Positions 8,512-18,567 of a stretch of 28,116 nucleotides of DNA are shown in pieces. Below the pieces are notes generated by a model, which saw only the letters and a list, made by a program, of their open reading frames with translations, did not search any database and was not told where the DNA came from. Where the stretch lies: NCBI GenBank assembly GCA_020725385.1, contig DYFC01000028.1:1-28116 (forward strand), in the 5' to 3' direction. The position numbers were made by a program, and so were the translations under genes. Positions within the stretch are counted from its first letter, which is position 1. Every line of letters begins with the position of its first letter. The stretch is from Nitrospira japonica (GTDB taxonomy: Bacteria > Nitrospirota > Thermodesulfovibrionia > Thermodesulfovibrionales > SM23-35).

Positions 8512-9231
8512 TTAAGCTGAAAGAATTTCAACTGAAATTAACTCAATTGCTTTTAAAGGATCAGGCTGTTTGAGAATAGATCTTCCAAGCACAAGATAAT
8601 CAGCCCCTTGTTTTAAAGCTTCTTTTGGTGTCATCGTTCTTTTTTGGTCATCAGGTGGTGTCCATGACGGCCTTATACCCGGTGTTACTATAATAAAATC
8701 TTTACCGCAATGATTTCTTACAATCTCTGCTTCTCTTGCTGATGCAACAACACCATCAAGCCCTGCTTTCATAGCAAGATTAGAAAGGTGTTTAACATGT
8801 GTTCTCAATCCATATTGAACTCCGAGTTCATCGCGCAAAGATTCACGTGTCAGACTTGTGAGAACTGTTACCCCCAAAATTTTTGGCCTGTTCAAATTTT
8901 CCTTCAAACATATCTCAACAACTGTTTCAGTACATTTTTTCATCATTTCAAAACCACCCGATATGTGCACATTGAACATAAATACTCCAAGCATGGTTAC
9001 TGCTGTCGCTGCTCTTGCAACAGTATTTGGAATATCATGAAATTTAAGGTCCAAAAAAACTTTTTTCTTTCGCTTGTGTATTTCATCAATTATAGAAGGT
9101 CCTGCTATCGTAAATAGTTCAAGACCGACTTTGAAAATATTTATTTTGTCGCTAAATTTTTCTACTATCTCAATTGCATAAGACGGGTTAGATACATCAA
9201 GAGCAAGAATTATCCTTTCAGAAGTTTTCAT
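8512..9231 (-). CDS. pyrF: Orotidine-5'-phosphate decarboxylase
   Basis: IILALD, FKVGLE, DLKFHDIPNTV, VTPGIR, DDQKR. Confidence 0.97.
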   Translation of the reverse strand: MKTSERIILALDVSNPSYAIEIVEKFSDKINIFKVGLELFTIAGPSIIDEIHKRKKKVFLDLKFHDIPNTVARAATAVTMLGVFMFNVHISGGFEMMKKCTETVVEICLKENLNRPKILGVTVLTSLTRESLRDELGVQYGLRTHVKHLSNLAMKAGLDGVVASAREAEIVRNHCGKDFIIVTPGIRPSWTPPDDQKRTMTPKEALKQGADYLVLGRSILKQPDPLKAIELISVEILSA

Positions 9232-9232
9232 T

Positions 9233-9784
9233 TTATTTTAACCTTGCCGGAGTTATACTTTTTTGAGCCTGATATTTCCCTTTCTTATCAGAATATGACT
9301 TTTCGCAAATTTCCGATGCTTGAATAAAAATAATCTGGGCTATCCCTTCGTTTGAATATATTTTTGCAGGTAAAGGAGCAGTATTGGATATTTCTATTGT
9401 TACATATCCTTCCCATTCGGGCTCCAATGGTGTTACATTTACAACTATTCCACACCTTGCATAAGTTGATTTTCCGAGACATATAACGAGAACATCACGT
9501 GGTATCCTGAAATATTCAAATGACCTTGCCAGAACAAATGAATTAGGTGGGATTAAGCATTCTTTCCCTTTATAATCAATAAAACTATCCGGAGCAAAAT
9601 TTTTCGGATCAATTATAGCATTAGCTGCCGTCGAAAATATTTTGTACTCATCCGCAACCCTCATATCATACCCATAAGAACTAACTCCATATGAAATAAC
9701 ACCTTTTTTAATTTGTTTACTATTAAAAGGAGTAATCATCCCATTTTTTGCCATTTCACAAATCCAGCGGTCATTTTTTACCAC
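9233..9784 (-). CDS. dcd: dCTP deaminase
   Basis: [36 protein letters not shown] start with AGGGG SD. Confidence 0.96.
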   Translation of the reverse strand: MVKNDRWICEMAKNGMITPFNSKQIKKGVISYGVSSYGYDMRVADEYKIFSTAANAIIDPKNFAPDSFIDYKGKECLIPPNSFVLARSFEYFRIPRDVLVICLGKSTYARCGIVVNVTPLEPEWEGYVTIEISNTAPLPAKIYSNEGIAQIIFIQASEICEKSYSDKKGKYQAQKSITPARLK

Positions 9785-9835
9785 TATAATGTCCCCTCTT
9801 TTCTACTTAAAATTTCTGAAATATTAGTTTCATTG

Positions 9836-9864
9836 TTGATTGTCTTTCTTGAAAAGACAATCAA
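9836..9864. terminator. 12-bp perfect inverted repeat (terminator downstream of hypC, or operator for dcd-pyrF)
   Basis: TTGATTGTCTTT-CTTGA-AAAGACAATCAA. Confidence 0.45.
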
Positions 9865-9880
9865 TGTTTATTAAAATTTT

Positions 9881-9907
9881 AGATTCCATCAATTAACATG
9901 GAATGAC
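9881..9907. repeat. Solitary REP-like unit of the GATTCC...GGAATGAC family
   Basis: AGATTCCAT-CAATTAAC-ATGGAATGAC, with the same ends as the 1912-1940 unit. Confidence 0.55.
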
Positions 9908-10020
9908 AAAATAAACTGAATTCTTAAATTGCTGATATAAAACAATAAAGAAGAGTAACATAAATAAATCGAGCAAAACAAGATTGGATATAGCAATGGG
10001 TGAAAAATTGACTAAAGTTT

Positions 10021-10329
10021 TTAGGAAACTAATTGTTTTTTTCTTTTAGCTTTCTTATTTTTATTATTTTCCGGCTTTTCGTTTTGCAATGAAGATTTTT
10101 CTGTTTCATTCAACATATCAAGATATTGGTCAAAAAGTTTTAGAGTCTGTTTTGCTTCTTTCTTCTGAAGTTTCTGGATAGCAAATCCTGCATGAACAAG
10201 AACATAATCTCCAACTTTAACCTGATCTTCAAGAAGCATAATGCTTATATCGCGCTGTGCGCCATAAACATCAATTGTTGCCATTGAATCATTAATTTTA
10301 ATAATTTTCGAAGGAATATCGAGACACAT
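10021..10329 (-). CDS. hypC: [NiFe]-hydrogenase maturation chaperone HypC/HupF
   Basis: Start re-called at 10329 (GGAGG SD): MCLDIP...VGDYVLVHAGFAI, followed by a Lys-rich tail. Confidence 0.92.
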   Translation of the reverse strand: MCLDIPSKIIKINDSMATIDVYGAQRDISIMLLEDQVKVGDYVLVHAGFAIQKLQKKEAKQTLKLFDQYLDMLNETEKSSLQNEKPENNKNKKAKRKKQLVS

Positions 10330-10533
10330 ATGCAAACCTCCACAACTCTTTTTTTCTAATATACCATATTTAGTCAAATATATTGTACTGTTTTAATATA
10401 TCTATTTTTTTGCCGAAAGTTGTTGTGATAACTCACTTTATTCCGAACAATATCGATTTTCTATAATTGTTTTTTCTTTTATTGATATTAACTATTGGAT
10501 ATATAATTCTATATTATCAGAAAATAATCTCAA

Positions 10534-11010
10534 ATGAAGGAAAAATTCCCTCTGCATTGGATATACATAATTGCAAAATTATCTATAGGATTGATTTTCG
10601 CTTATGCAGGTTTTGTTAAGCTTATCGATCCTAAGGCTTTTGCAAAGATTATTTCACAATACGACATAATTCCCGATATTTTATTGCCATATTTTGCGAT
10701 AGGTCTGCCCGCGATAGAATTAATTGCAGGATTGGGACTGATTTTCAATCTGCGTGGAAGTTTATTTGCAGTCTTCCTCCTGCTCATGATTTTTCTTTCT
10801 GTTTTAGGATATGGAATCTACAATAATATGAATGTTGATTGCGGTTGTTTTTCAGAAGAAGAAATAAATGGTATGAACAGCCTTAAGATAGCTTTTTATA
10901 GAGATATTATCATGATATCTGCAGTTATTTTTATTTTTTCGTATAAAAAATACTTGAATAAAAACCGTTTCTTTCGGTTAAAAACTAATATCAAGGAGGA
11001 AAGGATATGA
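10534..11010 (+). CDS. MauE/DoxX family membrane protein
   Basis: Four TM segments, GFVKLIDP, PAIELIAGLGL, DCGCF motif, RD in the last helix. Confidence 0.88.
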   Translation: MKEKFPLHWIYIIAKLSIGLIFAYAGFVKLIDPKAFAKIISQYDIIPDILLPYFAIGLPAIELIAGLGLIFNLRGSLFAVFLLLMIFLSVLGYGIYNNMNVDCGCFSEEEINGMNSLKIAFYRDIIMISAVIFIFSYKKYLNKNRFFRLKTNIKEERI

Positions 11011-11519
11011 ATTACAGAAAATCTTTTTTAATTGGTAGCATGAGTTTATTTATTGTCATAGCAATGACGGGAATCTCTCTTGCCGGTTGGGGCGGTAAAG
11101 AAATCGAGATCGAGAAAATTGCGGTAAATTTTGCAAAAGATGTTATTAAAGGCAATTATAAAATTGTTACAACCGAGGAACTAAAAGCATGGATTGACGA
11201 GAAAAAAGATATGTTAATCGTTGATACAATGCCTTATGAAGATAGCTATAAAAAACAACATGTGCCCGGAGCAGTTCAGTTTGAATTCCCGATTAAAGAA
11301 CTGGAAACATTAGATTCTAAAACAAAAGAAGAATTCCAGAAGCTTCTTGGTAAAAATAAAGATAGGCTAATTGTTTTTTATTGTGGATTTACAAAATGCA
11401 CACGTAGTCATAATGGCGCTATGTGGGCTGTTAAGCTTGGGTATAAGAATGTTTATCGCTATCCCGGTGGTATAACTGCATGGTCTGAAGCAGATTATCC
11501 GGTAGAAAAAGTAAAATAA
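11007..11519 (+). CDS. Exported rhodanese-like sulfurtransferase
   Basis: Signal peptide, IVDTMP, HVPGA, FYCGFTKCTRS, GYKNVY.YPGGI.AW. ATGA overlap with the MauE gene. Confidence 0.9.
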   Translation: MNYRKSFLIGSMSLFIVIAMTGISLAGWGGKEIEIEKIAVNFAKDVIKGNYKIVTTEELKAWIDEKKDMLIVDTMPYEDSYKKQHVPGAVQFEFPIKELETLDSKTKEEFQKLLGKNKDRLIVFYCGFTKCTRSHNGAMWAVKLGYKNVYRYPGGITAWSEADYPVEKVK

Positions 11520-11535
11520 AATAGTTTATATATAA

Positions 11536-11572
11536 TTCCCCTATCATCTTCAATTCAGAAGTGATAGGGGAA
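11536..11572 (+). terminator. Stem-loop after the rhodanese gene, probable terminator
   Basis: TTCCCCTATCA(T)CTTC-AATTCA-GAAGTGATAGGGGAA. The U-tract is weak. Confidence 0.6.
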
Positions 11573-11660
11573 ACTCATTTTCCGTGTCTTATCAGTTTAC
11601 TCCCTATGCCAGAATATTACAGTTGCAACTTACCCTATCTATAGTATTAAATAATAGATT

Positions 11661-14234
11661 ATGTCTGAACTAACCCCTTTGATGAAACAGTATTTTAGTA
11701 TCAAAGAAAAATATAAAGATGCTATTGTTTTCTTCAGACTGGGGGATTTTTATGAGATGTTTGGCGAGGATGCTGAAAAAGCATCAAAAATTTTACAGAT
11801 AGCGCTTACTTCAAGGGACAAATCAAAAGATAATCCCATTCCAATGTGCGGTGTTCCTTATTTTGCGTCAGAAACATATATTACAAAACTCATAAAAGCC
11901 GGCTATAAAGTTGCTGTATGCGAACAGATGGAAGATCCAAAGGATGCAAAAGGCATTGTTGAAAGGGACATTGTCAGAGTCATTACACCGGGGACACATA
12001 CACCAGAAAATCCGAAAGAAAATGCTTACATTGTAAGCATTTTTCCATTTGCAGGAATACACGGAATAGCTATTGCGGATATTTCTACAGGAGAATTTTT
12101 CCTTTTTGAAACAAATAAGGACATACAGGATGAACTATATCGTTTTGAGCCAAGAGAAATAATCATACCACGGTCTTTATCAGATGATTTATATTATAAA
12201 GAAAGGCTTAACAGCTTTTTCATAACCTTCTATGAAGACTGGTATTTTGATTACCCCGAAGCTTACAAACTATTGCTGAAACACCTTCAAGTATCATCTC
12301 TTGAAGGATTCGGTTGCGACAATATGAATGCAGCAATATGTTCTGCAGGGGCACTGGTAAACTATATTGAAGAAACACAAAAAGATACATTCCGTCTTAA
12401 AAAAATACATCCATTAAGACAAGAAACTTTTATGTTCCTTGACGCAGCAACACAGCGCAATCTCGAGCTAACCCATAATTTAAGGGATGGCTCATCAGAT
12501 GGCACATTACTCCATGTTCTTGATGAAACTCTTACGCCAATGGGAGGGAGGTTTCTAAGAACATCTGTTCTTAAACCTCTGCTTGATATAAAAAAGATAA
12601 AGGAAAGGCAGGATGCTGTTGAATATTTTTATGAAGATTTTGAAAAACTTGAAAACATCAGAACATCTTTAAGAAAAATACAGGATATTGAAAGATTATC
12701 ATCAAAAATTGATGCCGGCACTGCCAATGCAAGAGATCTTATAGCTATTAAGAACTCTATTTCTCATTTGCCCAAAATTAAAAACTTACTAATATCAACC
12801 AGAAATTCTTATCTAAAATACCTCGCTGAAGAATTATCTGACTTAACCTCAATAAAAGAATTGATCGAGAAAAGTATTGTTGAAACTCCTCCTTCAACTT
12901 TAAAAGAGGGAGGGATTATAAAATTCGGGTTCAATAGCGAGATAGATGATTTGAGAAATATATCGAAAAATGCAAAGGAATTCATTTCAAAATTAGAGCA
13001 AAAAGAAAAAGAAAAGACAGGAATCAATTCCCTGAAAATAAGCTATAACAGGGTTTTTGGCTATTACATAGAAATTACGAAATCTAATCTTCATATGGTG
13101 CCTGAAAATTACATAAGAAAGCAGACTTTGGTTGGTGGTGAAAGGTTTATTACTCCGGAATTAAAAGAATATGAATCAAAAGTACTCGGTTCGGAGGAAC
13201 GTTTAAAAGCACTCGAATATCAGATATTTCAGGGGATTATTAAAGAAATTAGCAAAGAAACAAACTTAATATCAAAATCAGCTTCTGCAATTGCAATAGT
13301 TGACTTTCTTTCTTCCCTTGCTGTGGTTGCCAAACGATATAATTATGTCAAACCTGATATCGAAGAAAATGGAATTCTTGATATAAAAGATGCAAGACAT
13401 CCTGTAATTGAACGCATTCAGACTGATGAACGTTTTATACCTAATAGTATATATATGGATAATTCGGATGAACGCCTTTTAATAATCACAGGGCCAAATA
13501 TGGCAGGCAAATCAACATATATGAGACAAATAGCATTAATAGTAATTATGGCTCAAATAGGAAGCTTTGTTCCTGCATCCGAGGCAAAAATAGGAATCGC
13601 TGATAGAATATTTACAAGAATAGGTGCGTCTGATTTTCTTACAAAAGGACAGAGCACTTTTATGGTAGAAATGATAGAAGTGGCAAATATAACACATAAT
13701 GCTACATCAAGAAGTCTTATCATCCTTGATGAGGTAGGAAGAGGAACAAGCACATTTGACGGAATCAGCATAGCATGGGCTGTTGCAGAGTACATCTTAA
13801 ATTCTTTAAGAGCACGCACTTTATTTGCAACACATTATAATGAACTTACTGAACTCGCATTAACCCATGACGGGGTTAGAAATTACAATATTGCTGTAAA
13901 GGAATGGGGAGATGAAATTATTTTTCTGCGCAAGATTGAACAAGGTCCTGCTGATAAAAGTTATGGAATACAGGTAGCAAGGCTTGCCGGACTGCCTGAT
14001 AGTATTATTAAAAGAGCAAAAGAAGTCCTCGCAAATCTTGAAAAAGAAGAACTCAATGAAACCGGAGTTCCAAGATTTGCAGGTAAAAAATCCAAAAAAG
14101 GTTCTGTCCAGCTCGACCTTTTTTCCTCTACAACAGATGGTGTTATTTCAGATTTAAAGAATATTGACATTAAAAAATTAACTCCGGAAGAAGCTCTAAA
14201 AAAACTAATAGAAATCAAAAAACGCCTCGGCTAA
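11661..14234 (+). CDS. mutS: DNA mismatch repair protein MutS
   Basis: TPLMKQY, GDFYEMF, ITGPNMAGKSTY, STFMVEM, DEVGRGTST, LFATHY, SYGIQVA, C-terminal QLDLF clamp motif. Confidence 0.98.
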   Translation: MSELTPLMKQYFSIKEKYKDAIVFFRLGDFYEMFGEDAEKASKILQIALTSRDKSKDNPIPMCGVPYFASETYITKLIKAGYKVAVCEQMEDPKDAKGIVERDIVRVITPGTHTPENPKENAYIVSIFPFAGIHGIAIADISTGEFFLFETNKDIQDELYRFEPREIIIPRSLSDDLYYKERLNSFFITFYEDWYFDYPEAYKLLLKHLQVSSLEGFGCDNMNAAICSAGALVNYIEETQKDTFRLKKIHPLRQETFMFLDAATQRNLELTHNLRDGSSDGTLLHVLDETLTPMGGRFLRTSVLKPLLDIKKIKERQDAVEYFYEDFEKLENIRTSLRKIQDIERLSSKIDAGTANARDLIAIKNSISHLPKIKNLLISTRNSYLKYLAEELSDLTSIKELIEKSIVETPPSTLKEGGIIKFGFNSEIDDLRNISKNAKEFISKLEQKEKEKTGINSLKISYNRVFGYYIEITKSNLHMVPENYIRKQTLVGGERFITPELKEYESKVLGSEERLKALEYQIFQGIIKEISKETNLISKSASAIAIVDFLSSLAVVAKRYNYVKPDIEENGILDIKDARHPVIERIQTDERFIPNSIYMDNSDERLLIITGPNMAGKSTYMRQIALIVIMAQIGSFVPASEAKIGIADRIFTRIGASDFLTKGQSTFMVEMIEVANITHNATSRSLIILDEVGRGTSTFDGISIAWAVAEYILNSLRARTLFATHYNELTELALTHDGVRNYNIAVKEWGDEIIFLRKIEQGPADKSYGIQVARLAGLPDSIIKRAKEVLANLEKEELNETGVPRFAGKKSKKGSVQLDLFSSTTDGVISDLKNIDIKKLTPEEALKKLIEIKKRLG

Positions 14235-14240
14235 TTAATC

Positions 14241-14270
14241 CAAATAATTCAGATTATCTTGGAATAGATA
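14241..14270 (+). repeat. 30-bp imperfect direct repeat, left copy
   Basis: CAAATAATTCAGATTATCTTGGAATAGATA matches 16057-16086 at 25/30. Confidence 0.6.
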
Positions 14271-14381
14271 CCAGAGCTACAGATAACAGACAAGAGATAA
14301 AAATTCTTTCTTAAAAAAAGAGATGTAATCGAAAAATAATTTTTGAACAACATCTATTTCTATTTGGGTAAAATAAATTTT

Positions 14382-16043
14382 ATGGATATAAATGAACTTA
14401 TTCAGTTAGCTTTCAAGTATCGTCAACAAGGAAATTTTTTACAGGCTGAAAGTACTTTTAAAGAAATACTGGAAATCGATCCTTCCAACTTTCATATTTT
14501 GAATTATCTTGGGAACGTTCTTCAGGATTTAAAAAAATATGATGAAGCAATTGATTGCTATCAAAAAGCTATTCAAATTAATCCAATATTTGCAGCATCA
14601 TATTATCATCTTGGAAGTACCTTTGAAGAAATTAATCAATATGAAGTAGCGATATTTTATTATCAAGAAGCAATTAAGTATGACCCTAATTTTTGTGGTT
14701 CATATAATAACTTGGGTAACATCTTTAAAAGGCTTAACCAAGAAGATAAATCAATCCAGTATTTTGAAAAGGCTATTAAAATAAATCCTAAATTTTGGGG
14801 TTCTTATTATAATTTAGCAGAACTTTTACAAAATAAAGGTCATATCAATGAAGCTATATTTTTATATAAGAAAGCACTTCAAATCAATCCGACACATATT
14901 GCATCTCTAAATAATCTTGGTAAATGTTTAAAAGATAAAGGTCGCATTGATGATGCAATTGATTGTTACCAAAAAGCAATTCAGATACAACCAGATCATG
15001 CAATGTCATTCTTTAATTTAGGCGTTTGCTATGAAAAAAAATTTGAATTTGACTCCGCACTTTTTAATTACAAGATAGCGATTCAATTTCAACCTGATTA
15101 TGTTGAGGCACATTTTAATTTGGCATTACTATTATTATTGTTAGGGAATTACGGGGAAGGGTTAAAAGAATACGAATGGAGATTAAAGTTGAAAGACACT
15201 ATTTTTTTTCAACGCAAATTCACTCATCCACGATGGCAAACCAGTAATATTGGTAGATATACTATTTTGGTTTATGCCGAACAAGGATTGGGAGACGTTA
15301 TTCAATTTATACGTTATATCCCTTATGTTGCTAAAGCTGTATCATATGTCATTATTGAGTGCCCGAACTCACTTAAATCTTTATTAAAAAATATTGAAGG
15401 TGTAAATAAAGTTATTTCACACGGAGAAGAAATACCCAACTTTGACTTCCAATGTCCGATAGCTAGTTTACCATTTCTATTTAATACAACTTTAAACAAT
15501 ATCCCTGCTGAAATTCCTTATATCTATGTAAATCCTAAATTAATTATTGAATGGAGAAATAAATTACAAAATAATAGTTTAAAGTTTAAAATTGGTTTAG
15601 TATGGGCGGGGAATCCAAAGCATCAGAATGATAAAAACCGTTCGATACCATTATCTTTATTTTCTCCACTATTTGAATTAAGCAATATAGATTTCTATAG
15701 CTTGCAAAAAGGTAAAGGATCCGAACAAATTAAGCATCTCGAATTAGGTTCAAATTTAATAGACCTAACAGATGATATAAATGATTTTCTTGATACAGCA
15801 GCATTAATAGAGAATCTCGATTTAGTTATAACAGTCGATACAGCGGTTGCACATTTAGCCGGTGCTTTAGGAAAGCCGGTATGGACATTACTCCCATTTC
15901 TTCCTGATTGGCGTTGGATGCTGAACCGTGACGATAGTCCGTGGTATCCTACAATGAGGCTTTTCCGTCAGCCTTCATATGGTGACTGGAAATCAGTAAT
16001 CGAAAAGGTTAAAAAAGAACTGGAAAAATTGCTTCAAGATTGA
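14382..16043 (+). CDS. TPR-repeat protein with C-terminal GT-B (GT9/heptosyltransferase-like) glycosyltransferase domain
   Basis: About eight TPRs, then AEQGLGDVIQFIRY, IGLVWAGNP, DTAALIENLDLVITVDT..AHLAGALG, DWRW, SPWYPTMRLFRQ. ATG 14382 preferred over TTG 14343. Confidence 0.9.
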   Translation: MDINELIQLAFKYRQQGNFLQAESTFKEILEIDPSNFHILNYLGNVLQDLKKYDEAIDCYQKAIQINPIFAASYYHLGSTFEEINQYEVAIFYYQEAIKYDPNFCGSYNNLGNIFKRLNQEDKSIQYFEKAIKINPKFWGSYYNLAELLQNKGHINEAIFLYKKALQINPTHIASLNNLGKCLKDKGRIDDAIDCYQKAIQIQPDHAMSFFNLGVCYEKKFEFDSALFNYKIAIQFQPDYVEAHFNLALLLLLLGNYGEGLKEYEWRLKLKDTIFFQRKFTHPRWQTSNIGRYTILVYAEQGLGDVIQFIRYIPYVAKAVSYVIIECPNSLKSLLKNIEGVNKVISHGEEIPNFDFQCPIASLPFLFNTTLNNIPAEIPYIYVNPKLIIEWRNKLQNNSLKFKIGLVWAGNPKHQNDKNRSIPLSLFSPLFELSNIDFYSLQKGKGSEQIKHLELGSNLIDLTDDINDFLDTAALIENLDLVITVDTAVAHLAGALGKPVWTLLPFLPDWRWMLNRDDSPWYPTMRLFRQPSYGDWKSVIEKVKKELEKLLQD

Positions 16044-16056
16044 AAAGCCATAGATT

Positions 16057-16086
16057 CAAACAATTCAGATGATCTTGAAACAGACA
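16057..16086 (+). repeat. 30-bp imperfect direct repeat, right copy
   Basis: CAAACAATTCAGATGATCTTGAAACAGACA matches 14241-14270 at 25/30. Confidence 0.6.
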
Positions 16087-16152
16087 GAAAACAACAATAA
16101 AAGATGACAATTATTTTGAATGAGTTGTATAATTCATGTGACGAATATTCTT

Positions 16153-17268
16153 ATGCTAAAGGAAAATTATTTGAAAAGAATTGTCATAAAAATAGGCAGC
16201 AACATTCTTGCTGATAAAATTGAGGGACTTAATAACGACAGAATAGCTTCTCTTTCAAACGATATTTCTGATATTCATAGTAAAGGCTATGAAGTTGTGG
16301 TAGTTTCATCAGGTGCTATTGCAGCAGGCATGAAAAAGCTCGGGCTAAAGGAAAAACCGGGTGACATAAAGCTTAAGCAGGCCGCTGCTGCTGCAGGACA
16401 AAGTAGTTTAATGTGGGCATATGAAAGAAGTTTCGCACGCTATGGGAAAAATGTTGCACAGGTATTACTTACAAGAGATGACCTTTCTGATAGAAAACGT
16501 TACATCAATTCAAAAAACACCATACTTACTTTACTTTCGCACAATGTTATTCCAATCATTAATGAAAATGATACAGTCTCAACCGATGAGATAAAATTCG
16601 GAGATAATGACAATCTTGCTGCTCTTGTTTCTGGATTGATTGAAGCTGAGATGCTTATAATTCTATCAGACGTTGATGGTTTATATACCGAAGACCCCCG
16701 TCAGAATCCAGAGGCAAAATTAATAAAGACAGTTGATAAAATAACACCCGAGCTCGAAAAAATAGCTGGTGGCGCCGGCAGTATTGTTGGAACCGGAGGT
16801 ATGTACTCCAAATTGCTTGCAGCAAAAAGGGCAATGAAATATGGTATTACAGTTAACATAATCAGCGGAAAGAAAAGCGGACTTCTTCAATCTGTTCTGA
16901 AGGGAGAAAAATGCGGCACATTATTTTTGCCAGTTCAGAAAAAATTAACCTCCCGTAAAGGATGGATAGCCTACGCAAGCAGATCAAAAGGCAATATAAT
17001 AATTGATGACGGCGCAGTAAGAGCTATTATTGAAAAAGGCAAAAGTCTTCTACCCTCCGGAATAGTAAGTGTAGATGGAGTCTTTGATATAGGGGATACT
17101 ATAAGTTGTATAGATATGAAAGGAACCAGAATAGCGAAAGGGTTAACGAATTATTCCTCGGCTGAAATAGATAAAATAAAAGGTAAAAAAACATCGGAAA
17201 TTGAGGGTATAATCGGTTATAAATATTCCGATGAAGTAATACATAGAGACAATATGGTAGTTTTATAA
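16153..17268 (+). CDS. proB: Glutamate 5-kinase with PUA domain
   Basis: RIVIKIGS, VSSGAIAAG, IINENDTV, FGDND, GTGGM..K, C-terminal PUA and IHRDN. Start uncertain (16120, 16153 or 16171). Confidence 0.96.
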   Translation: MLKENYLKRIVIKIGSNILADKIEGLNNDRIASLSNDISDIHSKGYEVVVVSSGAIAAGMKKLGLKEKPGDIKLKQAAAAAGQSSLMWAYERSFARYGKNVAQVLLTRDDLSDRKRYINSKNTILTLLSHNVIPIINENDTVSTDEIKFGDNDNLAALVSGLIEAEMLIILSDVDGLYTEDPRQNPEAKLIKTVDKITPELEKIAGGAGSIVGTGGMYSKLLAAKRAMKYGITVNIISGKKSGLLQSVLKGEKCGTLFLPVQKKLTSRKGWIAYASRSKGNIIIDDGAVRAIIEKGKSLLPSGIVSVDGVFDIGDTISCIDMKGTRIAKGLTNYSSAEIDKIKGKKTSEIEGIIGYKYSDEVIHRDNMVVL

Positions 17269-17269
17269 T

Positions 17270-17560
17270 CTATAAAGAACTATGATAACCGCTCTCCGGC
17301 ATATGATAGACAAAGAAATTAGAATCGCAATTATAAATAGGGCTTAAAAGAAAATTTACTTCTTCAGGAAATTTTTCAGATATTAATAGAAATCTTTGTT
17401 GAACTTTTACCCAATCGCATTCGCAATTAACATCAAGTATGTAGAAATTACTAAGAAGCCTTATCCATTCATAATCATTTATCTGCTGTAGCAGAACTTG
17501 ATTTATTTCTTCAAAGTTATTGCTTTTAGAGGATATTTCCCAAGAGACAATAAAGTGCAA
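17270..17560 (-). CDS. Hypothetical protein, possible Cas2/VapD-like ferredoxin fold
   Basis: 96-aa ORF with TTG start. The pattern FIVSWEI...W..LLSNFYIL resembles small ferredoxin-fold proteins. Confidence 0.5.
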   Translation of the reverse strand: MHFIVSWEISSKSNNFEEINQVLLQQINDYEWIRLLSNFYILDVNCECDWVKVQQRFLLISEKFPEEVNFLLSPIYNCDSNFFVYHMPESGYHSSL

Positions 17561-17570
17561 AGCTTATAGC

Positions 17571-17906
17571 CTAAATCCTTTCCTCCCAATATAATTCCTC
17601 AAATGGTATGTTGGCATCCCTTAATCTCATGTAATCCATTTTTAGTCTTGCATTAGCAATATATATATGTTTTTTTGTTGCATTAAGAGGTTCATTTGAT
17701 AAACCTGACTCATAAATTTTGGAGATTGTAATTTTTTGACCATCAACAACAAAATCATAATCGCATATCAGTAAATACATATCTTTTTGCTTATCTGCTT
17801 CTGTAGATATAACCTTTTCTTTGCGTAGTGAAACTGAGAGCTGAATAGTTTTCCCTTGTTTTGCAAGACCTATAAAATCTTCTAACCTGCTGAATTCATT
17901 TGGCAT
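17571..17906 (-). CDS. Hypothetical protein
   Basis: 111-aa ORF with an AAGGAG SD, 10 bp upstream of the 96-aa ORF. Confidence 0.7.
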   Translation of the reverse strand: MPNEFSRLEDFIGLAKQGKTIQLSVSLRKEKVISTEADKQKDMYLLICDYDFVVDGQKITISKIYESGLSNEPLNATKKHIYIANARLKMDYMRLRDANIPFEELYWEERI

Positions 17907-17982
17907 ATTGAAATCTCCTTATAATTTAAAAATTAAATTAATTATAACAAATTTAAAGCATTTTAAGGTAAAATCATTTTAT

Positions 17983-18567
17983 ATGAAAAATTTCTCTGAT
18001 GTAATAGATTTTCACGGGCACGCATGTCCTGGACTTGCTCTTGGTTATAGAGTATCGATATGTGCTCTGAAAAAACTCGGCAAACATTCGGTTGATGAGG
18101 AATTAATTGCTATTGTCGAAAACAATTCATGTGCAGTTGATGCTGTTCAAGTGATTACAGGTTGTACGTTTGGTAAAGGCAATCTGATTTTTAAAGATTA
18201 TGGCAAACAGGTTTATACATTCATTAAAAGGCCATCAAATTATGGGCTCAGAATTTCTGTTAAGTGGAATCCTCCACCTGAGTCTGACAGAGAAAAAAGA
18301 ATGTGGAAACGCTATATTGCCGGGGATCGTTCTGAAGCTGTTTTAAAAGCTGTGCATGAAAGAAAGTCAAAAAAAATAAACGCTATTTTAAATGAGAAAG
18401 ATAGTGTTTTGTTCAATATAAAAAAGTTTAGAATTACTGTACCGGAAGAAGCAGTTATCTATCCAAGTATAAGATGTACTTTATGTAATGAAAAGATGAT
18501 GGAGTCAAGAGCAAGGGTAAAAGATGGGAAAATTGTTTGTATCCCTTGCTTTGAAGGAGAAATATAA
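17983..18567 (+). CDS. FmdE/FwdE family protein with C-terminal zinc finger
   Basis: FHGHACPGLALG, ENNSCAVDAVQ, GCTFGKGNL, C-terminal CxxC...CxxC. ATG 17983 preferred. Confidence 0.93.
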   Translation: MKNFSDVIDFHGHACPGLALGYRVSICALKKLGKHSVDEELIAIVENNSCAVDAVQVITGCTFGKGNLIFKDYGKQVYTFIKRPSNYGLRISVKWNPPPESDREKRMWKRYIAGDRSEAVLKAVHERKSKKINAILNEKDSVLFNIKKFRITVPEEAVIYPSIRCTLCNEKMMESRARVKDGKIVCIPCFEGEI

